The notes beneath the pieces are model-generated. The model was not told where the DNA came from. It searched no databases and was given only the letters and a program-made list of their open reading frames with translations. The position numbers were made by a program, and so were the translations under genes. A stretch of DNA of 64,000 bases from Octopus bimaculoides (Eukaryota), in the NCBI RefSeq assembly GCF_001194135.2, contig NC_068990.1:29690515-29754514 (forward strand). The letters run 5' to 3'. This document shows positions 47,690 through 57,802 of the stretch, in pieces. The number at the start of each line of letters is the position of its first letter. Positions within the stretch are counted from its first letter, which is position 1.

Positions 47690-49130
47690 GAGAAATAAGG
47701 AGGAGTTGTGGGGTGTATAGAGGAGTGAAGTTATTGGAGCATGAAATGAAGATAGTGGAAAGGGTGTTGGAGAGGAAAATTCAGAAAGGGGTGGATGTGA
47801 ACAAAATGCAATTTGGTTTTATGCCAGGAATGGGGGACAATAGATGCAGTGTTCATTGTAAGGAGATTGCAGGAGGAATACTGAGATAAGGGGAAGCTGT
47901 TGTACATGTGCTTTGTTGATCTGGAGAAGGCATTTGATAGGGTTCCAAGGAAGGTGATTGGGTGGGCATTGAGGAAGAGAGGTGCGCTAGAGGTAATAGT
48001 GAGAAGAGCAGTGATGAGTTTGTATGAGGGGGTAAAGACAAGAGTGAGAATTGGATCAGAGCTCTCGGAGGAGTTTGCAGTGAAAGTTGGTGTGCATCAG
48101 GGATCTTTGTTGTTACCATTGCTGTTTGCAATAGTGATTGATGTGGTGATAGTGAGTGCAAGAGAGGGATTGGTAATGGAGATACTGTATGCGGATGACC
48201 TTGTTCTGATGAGTGAGACGATGGAGGGATTGAGGGAGAAGTTTTGGAAATGGAAGGAGGCGTTTGAAAGCAAGGGTTTGAAGGTAAACCTCAGGAAGAC
48301 AATGGTGATGGTGAGTGAGTGGAAGGAGAAGTGTTAGTAAGGTGGATCCATGTAGTGTATGTGGGAGGAGGGTAATGGCAAATGCGGTGTTGTGTACAAG
48401 ATGTGAGAAATGGATTCATGGTAGATATATGAAAACGAAGACGGTGACCCCAAGACTGGCAAGAGAGTTTGTTTGTGGAAGATGTTAGAAAGGAGCCTGA
48501 GGGCAGTCAAAGTCAGGGGAAACACTATGTGATGAGGTAGAGACAGTGAAAGGGTTTTGTTATTTGGGAGATAGGGTGGATGTAAAGCAGCTGTGACAGC
48601 AAGAGCAAAACTTGGCTGGGTGAAGTTCAGGGAATGTGGAGCGTTGTTATGTGGGAAAAGGTTCTCATTGAAGATGAAAAGAAGGGTCTATAGTTGAGTG
48701 AGAGCTGCAATGCTGTATGGGAGTGAGACATGGTGTGTGAGGGAGAGAGAGAGAGAGAGAGATGGCAATTTTGAGAAGGACTGAGAGAGCAATGGTGAGA
48801 GAAATATGTGGAGTGAAGCTGTTTGATAAGAGGAGGACTGAGGATTTGATGGGAATGCCGGGGTTGGAGAAATCGGTGGAGCGGCTGGCAAGGGCAAATA
48901 GAGTGCAATGGTATGGGCATGTTCTGAAGAGGGTGCTAGAGTTTGAGAGGTAAATGGACAGCGAAAGCCAAGTAGACTGAGGAAAATGTGGAGGGGACAG
49001 GTGGAGGAGGAGATAGGGAGGGTTGGCTTGAGAAGGGCAAGATGGTGAGATGGTTGCTATGGCATTGAGGTAGATCTGGTCACCCACTTTAACGAGGACA
49101 AAACCTGGATTCAAAGTGATGGATGATGAT
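47690..49130 (+). pseudogene. 5'-truncated, decayed RTE LINE (RT domain and C-terminus), antisense within a PAN2 5' intron
   Basis: [49 protein letters not shown] motifs; stops and frameshifts. Confidence 0.93.
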
Positions 49131-49765
49131 GAGAGAGAGAGAGGAAGAAAATGAGGGGAAAGAAAAGGAGAGAAAGACAGCAATACATGACAACATTGTT
49201 CCATCCAGAAGATGGGACTGTGAAGGTTTAGTAATGTTAATGATGAATTCAGGAATTTTACTATTCAAAACAAACTGCAAGGAATTCACATGAAAATATG
49301 CGAAAAAAATAAAAAGGGATCTTGGTAAAATAATGCTGTTGTGCTTTCAATGTAGCAAATAAATAAATGTAAACACTTAAGTATAAACAAGAGTCCCAGG
49401 AGAGAAAGTAGAGCAATATAATTTGTTGCCAATAGACTTTATAAATTGTTATTCTCTGAGAAGAGGCAATTAAACTGATCCCACTACTTTACTGAAACTT
49501 ATTTTAACATTAACCCTAACAAACTGAAAAGCAAAGTCTACAACTTTGGGGTGCAAGCTCAGATCTTTTATCTTTTAGTTGCTTCAGTCACTTGACTGTA
49601 GCCTTGCAGGGGCACCACCTCGAAGAATTTTAGTCAAACGAATCGACTGCAGCGCTTATTGTGGTTATTCCTTAAAGTCTGGTACTTATTCTATCCATCT
49701 CAGTTGCTGAACAGCCAAGTCATTGGGTACAAACACAAAGACATACATAAATACCTATATAAACA

Positions 49766-49934
49766 AGTCTTCTTAAAGTTTCCATCTACCAAATCTACCA
49801 AATCCACTTACAAAGATTTGGTCAGCCTGAGTCTATAGTAGAAGACACTTGGGCAAAGTGCCACACAGTGGGACTGAACCTAGAACCATGTGGTTGGGAA
49901 GCAAACTTTTTACCACACAGCCATGCCTGCACCT
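49766..49934 (-). mobile_element. tRNA-derived SINE with CORE-like segment; copies near 21210-21360, 23343-23455, 27672-27820, 32585-32740
   Basis: Head GGCTGTGTGGTAA...GGTTCAGTCCCACTG and body CAAGTGTCTTCTACTATAG...GGATTTGGTAGATGGAAACT. Confidence 0.8.
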
Positions 49935-50246
49935 ATATGTTGAACCCTAAATATTTCTTCTGTCACCCAAACCTCTCCTTTTAATTAATGGATTTAATTT
50001 TTTTTAACGAAGCAAAAATGGCCAACAAAGCAGAAAAGTTATAATGACGTTCAGAAGTCATTAGCTGGGACTGAATTAAACTTTGGTCAATATCAAAGTC
50101 AAAAGGCAGAATGCTAAAAAAAACAGTGGAATATAGAACCAAATGCTTTGTCACAAAGTGGTTCAAAGCTTTACGGAATACAATCCATACCGTAATTGAA
50201 TTTGTATTACATCTTAAATCGATAAAATAAAAATCGAAAAAAAAAA

Positions 50247-50278
<32 letters not shown>

Positions 50279-51712
50279 TGATGATATTTTGGAGTCAATT
50301 TGATTGATTGATTATACCAGCCCACTCTAAAAGAATTGGTTTTGTAGTTGGTTAGAAGAAAGGAAGGCCGACTCTCGGAACAGATATCACTACCTCATGA
50401 AAAAGAGATTAGAACTGAGATGGGGGAAAGAGCAAAAATGAAAAAAAAAAAAAAATGAAAATTGAATTTTGGGGAAAAAAAACTCTTTGCGATTCGTAAT
50501 TCTCGGTGCATTTGAAACAGAGGAATAGTAAAATAATGAAGGAAACAATCACCCAATTTCTTGCTCTTTTCCCTACTCCATGAAATAAAGAAAACTATTC
50601 CGAAAAGACTATGAGGTGCCCGATAAGAAACAAGTAGAAAGCGGGGAGATAGTAAAACGTCGATATGAATGTCTCAATATAGTTATTGTTGCGTCCGTTT
50701 CAGTTCTAACTTCAAATCCCGCTGATGTATACTTGGCCTATCATACTTCTGCGGATGGGTGCGGGTGGAGCCGATAAGTGTTACTAACACAACTTGTTCA
50801 CCTTCGCAAAGTTAGCCTTGTGCAGTCCTCAAAAGCAAACCAAAACAAAAATACTGAAGTAAATACAAAACTTTTGATAAAATGCGGATGTGGCGTCTGA
50901 CAGTTCGTAGCTTTGTTTAAAAAATAGAAGGGAAAGAGAGAAGGAAACAATAATGATAAAAAAACAAAAACACTTAAAANNNNNNNNNNNNNNNNNNNNN
51001 NNNNNNNNNNNNNNNNNNNNNNNNNNNNNNNNNNNNNNNNNNNNNNNNNNNNNNNNNNNNNNNNNNNNNNNNNNNNNNNNNNNNNNNNNNNNNNNNNNNN
51101 NNNNNNNNNNNNNNNNNNNNNNNNNNNNNNNNNNNNNNNNNNNNNNNNNNNNNNNNNNNNNNNNNNNNNNNNNNNNNNNNNNNNNNNNNNNNNNNNNNNN
51201 NNNNNNNNNNNNNNNNNNNNNNNNNNNNNNNNNNNNNNNNNNNNNNNNNNNNNNNNNNNNNNNNNNNNNNNNNTATAAAGAAGTTGTGTGATATTTTTAT
51301 AAGTTAGAGAATGAATAATTTTTATGAAGAAAAATGCCCCAAACTGGGAAGAATATAAAAATAGCTGTAGGTCTGAAACAATAATTTATTAGTGGCGGGG
51401 CAAAAAATCGTAAATAAATGTCCAGCTTCTTTTTACAAGTGCCAATCCCAATTTTCTGTTGACGAGAATATTCCTACCTGAGAAAAATAATTCAAGTGAG
51501 AGTCATGCTTTCGAACAAAGAGACTTGAAAGTTAAACAGATACATTAATAAAATAATAAATAAACCGAGACAAAATAAAAAATACGAATAAAACCAAACA
51601 TGCAAATAAGAACGGATTATATAAAATAAACATAACATTGTACTAAAAGTTCAACAGGAATACACACATATATATACTTATATATATGAATTGTACTTTT
51701 TCTTTTACTTAC

Positions 51713-52050
51713 TTTAGATCGGATGCAAAGTTTTTATGTGTATGTATGTGTGAGTGCGTTGGATTACTGGTATTATTGTGAGGAAGATGAAAGTTTGTTG
51801 AAGGGAATGAAATGTTATTAAAAGTTGGGCCCGAGAAGCGCCATTGTTGTTTATCAACAGCTCGGGGAACAACACACTCACAGTTAACTCCCTTACTGTA
51901 ACCAGCCGCGTTACAGTAACCGATCTATTATCCGGCTTCCAGAAATCCGGGAATACGGTGAAGGGGAAACTCCCTGCGGGCCAAGCAGACAACAGATCTC
52001 TTGTGCTTCTCAACGGAGGTCCATTCGGCCCTTGGGGTTTCATACAAGAT
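51713..52050 (-). other. Candidate non-coding first exon / 5' leader of PAN2
   Basis: CpG-richer island ending at a consensus donor AAA|GTAAGT (51712); 235 nt further on the minus strand a polypyrimidine acceptor tttttctcag| at 51478; no transcript evidence. Confidence 0.45.
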
Positions 52051-52439
52051 TTTATTATTAATATTTATGTGCAATAAACTGATTATACCTCTACAATGCA
52101 CGAAATATTTAGAAAATTTTTTTAATAGTTTCTAATATTTAAATGTTAAAATCACAACAATAAATTATTCGTATCAGTCTTCCTTTAGCTTCCACATGTC
52201 ACCAGACGAGTAGACCAGAATATGCTCTTACAACATTGGATCATCTAGTTTTTATTACAATACACGTATGTCTATGATATATGAATGATACAAAACCGCA
52301 TTAAAATACAAACCCTAAACAATAGTCATGATTTTTCCATAATATAAATTTTCACAGAGAAAGACAAAGAAAAGGGAAAAGAAGAAGAAAGAAAAAAACA
52401 AACATTAATGCAGCATCAAGCGCTTCCATTGGTCGAATA

Positions 52440-53110
52440 CCATAATGTTCAACCTAACCTACCGAAACGTGCCAGCACGCTCCCAGCGTTACCATGGGCG
52501 ATGGCGAAACTAAAGGGAAACCAAGCACCCTCACAGACCTCACCTAAAACCTCGGTAAAGCGAGCAGCAAACGCTGACAGGAACTTCGTGGTCAGTGGCC
52601 CAGTCCCTCCGAACGTCCCAAACACTACCGGCTGGAAGAGATAGTTCATTGTCAGGTCCCGATACTTCAGGGTTTTGTTTCATTCGGCTGCGGAAGCAGT
52701 GACCATCCCATTTACTGCAGCATCCAAGATGTGGGAGGGAGCAAAAAAGTCACAGACTGCGGCGTCCTAGATGAGACACCTACCTTTAACCCAGGGACAA
52801 GACCATCTGGTCTCTTTCCACCCCTTGTGGATAATCCCGCCGGCTCCAGAACTGAGGAGAAATTAATCGAAGCCATTGGCCCTCTTAATGATTAGGTTTA
52901 GCTCAGTGTGACGAGCGAAACGACCAGCATTTAGGCGGCAAGACAGACCGTGAAGACCTGTGCGATTGAGAGGCCTACTACAGCGATATCTCAGTCTCCT
53001 ATAGACGTCAGTACCTACTCTGAGTGCGATGGAGATGCGGAGTTCATCTAGACTGAGAAAACCTCCAATGTTGGTCACAGGCAGGGCATCAATACAGTCC
53101 ACCGAGAATT
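52440..53110 (-). pseudogene. 3' fragment of a CRE-like non-LTR retrotransposon (zinc knuckle and restriction-like endonuclease)
   Basis: ALPVTNIG...LRISIALRVG...CSRPLNRTGLHGLSCRLNAGRFARHTELNLIIKRA, then LEPAGL..GGKRPDGL, YLFQPVV...GPLTTKFLS...HGNAGSVLA; frameshifts. Confidence 0.85.
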
Positions 53111-54330
53111 TTGCAGTAGCTGAAAGTAGGCGACAATAACAAAATATAATAGGATTTTCTAATCATTAAATGTCTATAAGGGTCCATCTGAATAAAATAG
53201 GAATTAAAGGGGCCCTTAAGTAGAAAGTGTTTGAGAACCACAGCTTTAGAGGAAGAACTCCCATCAATGAAGTGTTTCGACTCGTTCGATCCACAATAAA
53301 CTCCACCCTATATTAACCAAATAGATTGTTTGCGAAGTTGGATGATTGGTATACGGTGTGTTAAGAATAGTCCCCCCTTTTTTTCTTTTTAATTGTGTTC
53401 TCTGTCTTGTCCAATTTTCTAATTTAATTTTGTAAAACGGAAAACACTATTTTATAACGCTATATTTCTGTAAATTTGTAAATATATGTAATAAATACAT
53501 TCCAGAAGTCGCAAAAAAAGTTTATCAACTAATAATTATTTTTATTAATTTACAATAAGTCAATTAATAAAGATTAAACATACACTGCTTTAGAAGTTTA
53601 TTAATTTGTACCTGCATCTGTTGAATAAAATCATGTTCTCGACTTCATTCAATTTTCATCTTTACATTGTATAATATATCTACATGATACGATATAATGT
53701 ATTTTAAGAATTTTGAGTGGGTTATCAAATATCAGAGAGACCCTGCTTTACAATTGTAGTAATTTGAATCTCTTAAATACAATTGAGTTCTTTTGACTTT
53801 TCATAGTTTAATAAACTTAGGCTAACTTCAGAAAACCGGAAAATCTAGAAATCCGGGACACTTCCGGTCCCAAGCTTGCTGGATAATTGGTCCGGTACAG
53901 TAATAAAATAATACTAATGTTTTGTTTATAATTTTTTTAAATGAATTAATTGGTCATTTTCTTCTCCAAAAACCTCTCAACCCGAAACGTTAAGATTAAC
54001 GTATTTTGTCTGTTGCTAAATGAACAAAGTTAAGATATTTTCGAAGCAGTATTATCTCCCTTGCACTTCGCTTTCTTTTCTTTTTCTGTTGTAACCGATT
54101 TGTCCAGAGTTATCGATGCCAGTCACATTTTATGGCAGTTTTAAAAGACCACGCATCTTTCCCCCTTTTTCTCTTATTATTTATTAAATATAGGTGCAAG
54201 GTGACACAACTTGGCAATGTGCTGTAGTAGATCTAATCGATCGTCAATACTTAACTGCTACTTTTACCGATAATAAAAACGTTGAAGACAAACGACATTT
54301 ATATGATTTCAACTCAGTATTAAAATATAA

Positions 54331-55260
54331 ATTATTATTATTCATATACACACAACAAATTAAACTGTTGGAAAAGAATAATTCCTAACATCGGGCTACA
54401 ACAAGTAATCTTAGATGCCAAGAACCCCCCTAAGTATCCTAGCTGTCCCTAATAACACTGTTTTCTGGAGCTGTACTAAACTGGGTTTTATGCCTATTTC
54501 CTCTATCCATCTGTTCTGATTTTTAGGGATAGTACCCAATGCACCTATAACTAACTCCGATACATTTTATCTGCACTTTCCATAGTTTGTTCTGATGTAT
54601 TTCAGAATTTCATTGACATTTTTCGTTTCTTGGTTCAGTTTCCATTGATCAACCTTTTTAAGGTTGCAAATAATGTCACTATCGTTCTCCTGTAGTCTTA
54701 CCTTTATTCAGTCGTAGATTGCCTTTTGTTCATCTGTCACGTCGCTATTAGTTTTATCGTCTTCTTTTAGATCATCTATATGTCTCTCATCATTTAAGCT
54801 ACCACTGCTCCTTTCCTGTGCTGTGGGATTACTCTTATTAGTAAGAACTGTATTTTCATTGTTATCACTGCTGCTATTGTCCATGACCCGTCTTTTGATA
54901 GCGTCGAGCTCTACTTCTGTGAACCAACAATTTTTTCTTATTGCTCTAGCTTGATCACATAGTCTCTGTTCCGTGAGTTTCACTTTTCTCTCCAATGATC
55001 ATACATACGTTGTCAGCAACCCCAAATTTGAGCACCATTTTCATCTACTGGGCTGCTCAGGTAGTAACACTCCATGACCACAGCATTAATTTGCTTGCTC
55101 CATCTATGCCATGTGTGGTGGTCCCTTTCTGGATATTGACAGGCTGGAGCCGGACCAGAATCTCTTAGCCTAACGGGTGTAACGCTGTCAACATCATTGG
55201 CTTCAGTTTCATTCCCACCGTTATTCACAATATTTTGTTCCTTCATTGTCACTCATATGA
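54331..55260 (-). pseudogene. Internally deleted R4/Dong-like non-LTR element (N-terminus fused to the last about 55 codons)
   Basis: N-terminus WSKQINAVVMECYYLSSP...TEQRLCDQARAIRKN; C-terminus VIGALGTIPK...LQKTVLLGTARILRGVLGI*; short (TAA)n end at 54331-54342. Confidence 0.7.
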
Positions 55261-56150
55261 GGTAGCGATTATCAGGTAGCACAATTACCAGTGCTTTTAT
55301 TGTGACACCATCACTAGATGTATCATTAATCAGCTCAAACAAGGAAGAATGCCTGACACAGGTGGCACAACTTGTAAAAGTGAACAGGTGAGCCTGAGTT
55401 GCAATCTCAGCCAAGGTTTTCATAGCAAATGACCATAAAACAATACTTTATTATTGTGTCAGCAAAACTCAACACCTAGAAGAACCAACACACATCCAGG
55501 TGAAAATAACTCTCAAGAAATTTGGGAAGATATACATGTGACCAGAGCAAGACAGTTTTGGAGTATGAATGTCCTCTTCATAAGTAAAGCCCTTTTGCTG
55601 AAGCACACTAATAGTTCCTGTACAGAGCGCACTACTCAGCCTACTTAAAAAGAAATACCTGTCACATTACGATAGAGGGAGATCCACCAGAATTAGATTT
55701 TCATGTGGATCTTGGCCTGTGTTGTCTTGGAGGGAAACAATATTCTCTTTGATGTAAAACCATGAGAGTGGGAGTTTTGATTCAGGACCATATTGGACAT
55801 CCTCCTTCAGATCTCAATTGAGGATGTGGAAAGGATCTTATTCACTTACCCAATGGAGTGGAATTGCATGCTGCAGTTGGAAGCAGAAGGCCAAGATGCC
55901 ATTTGTATGGTACTGAAAACTACTTAAAAGAATGCACCTGTGCCAGTGTCACATAGATGCACCTGTGCCAGTGCTGTGTAAAAGCACTCAGTACACTTTG
56001 TAAAATGGTTGGTGTTAGGAAGGGCATCCAGCTGTAGAAACCATGCCAAAACAGACAATTGGAGCCTAGGCAGCTCCTTTGGCTGGCCAGTTCCTGTCAA
56101 ACTATCCAACCCATGCCAGCATGGAAAACGGGCCCTAAATGATGATGATG

Positions 56151-56185
<35 letters not shown>

Positions 56186-56371
56186 NNNNNNNNNNNNNNN
56201 NNNNNNNNNNNNNNNNNNNNNNNNNNNNNNNNNNNNNNNNNNNNNNNNNNNNNNNNNNNNNNNNNNNNNNNNNNNNNNNNNNNNNNNNNNNNNNNNNNNN
56301 NNNNNNNNNNNNNNNNNNNNNNNNNNNNNNNNNNNNNNNNNNNNNNNNNNNNNNNNNNNNNNNNNNNNNNN

Positions 56372-56418
<47 letters not shown>

Positions 56419-57452
56419 TTTTGTTACAGTTATTGTTCTCATATATATATATATATATATATGCCGGCACACGCACACACACACATAAACACAGACACAT
56501 ACGCACACACACATAGATACAGACATATGCATAGACTGCCTCATATATATGTGTGTTTTGTGTGTGTGTAAGTACATATATGTTCATTTATGCATATGTA
56601 TGTGTGTGTTTTTTTCCTTCTCTTGTTTGTGTATTTAACTCCCTTGGTTTTGTACTTCATGTTGTTTACAGTTGGTGACGTCCTGTGCCCATATATATAT
56701 ATGTATGCACATGTATGTATATATGTGTGTGTATGCATATGTATGTGTGTAAGTGTGCCTGTATATGTATATGTGCATGTGTATGTAGGTATTGTTCTCT
56801 TCTTTTTATTGTGCATCTCTCTCATTTTTTGTATTTAATGTTTTATGTAGGTGTGTGTGTGTGTGGATATGGATGTGTGTGTGTGTGTGTGTGGATGTAT
56901 ATGTGTGTGTATGGATGTATATGTGTATGTGTGGATTTGCATGTCTGTATGGAAAAATTTAGATGTCATTGCAGTGTAACCCAAACAGGTTTTATGCTAA
57001 CCATCTGTAAAGAAAGGATATCATTTTTTGATCACACTCTATTTTTTCCTTTGTACTTATATCCATTTTTTAAAAATTTAGATATATCTCAACTTGTATT
57101 CAATTCTCTGTAATTGTGTGGATGTATATATGTGTGTGTATGCATGAGTGTGTGTGTGTGTGTGTGTGTTTGTTTGCGTGTTTGCATGTAGGTTTGTAAG
57201 ACCCCCCCACCTACACCTGGACAAAGATTGTATCAAAAGATGTTTGAATATTACTTTTAATGAAGGAACTCAGTCATTTTTTTATATAAAAAAACCTTTC
57301 ATAAGTTGAAAAAAAAAAAAACAGTCACAAAACAATTCGTAAACATCAAATTATCCAAGTGTGGAATAAAATTATCACAAAAGTCATTCTTATTCATTTT
57401 TTCCAAATATTCAATACTGTAGCAAAAGTTCACTATTTCTTCTATGTATATA

Positions 57453-57800
57453 AATGAAAGCTTGAAATATGTGAACCACAAATCTAACCATCCAGAACGC
57501 ATATATATCCTAAGAAGCATGAATAACAGAATATTCAGACTATCCGCAGACAGAACAGAAATTCAACATGCATGCTGAGTATTACAACTCAGCACTATCT
57601 AGAATGGGATATAAGGATAGAATAGTATATGCACAAAATAGGACAGAGAAGGCTCAATAGCCAGGGAGCATTATTAATAGTAGAGACAATAATATAAATA
57701 ACCACAGAATACCAGAACTAAAAAAAACAGTATATTAAGAGAAATAGAAAAATAAGGAATGAAATTATTTGGTTTAATCTAATTCCAAATTAAAAAATAA
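57453..57800 (+). pseudogene. Penelope-like element ORF remnant (post-RT thumb/linker region)
   Basis: SLKYVNHKSNHP...ILRSMNNRIFRLS, YYNSALSRMGYKDRIVY, KRNRKIRNEIIWFN resemble the PLE motifs Y-x-x-x-x-SNHP and IIWFNPP. Confidence 0.6.
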
Positions 57801-57802
57801 AA

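Noticed and set aside
51960-52045. GGGGAAACTCCC...GGGGTTTC resembling the RNase P/MRP P4 helix
   Set aside because: The two strands are only about 60 nt apart, the invariant GAAAGUC is not matched, and no P1-P3 context was found.
53821-53892. Cluster of CCGGA motifs suggesting ETS sites or a ncRNA
   Set aside because: More likely a fragment of a pogo/Tigger-type MITE; no independent promoter evidence.
55690-55925. Possible hAT transposase or LINE remnant (TILDILLQISIED)
   Set aside because: Similarity too short and frame-inconsistent to support a call.
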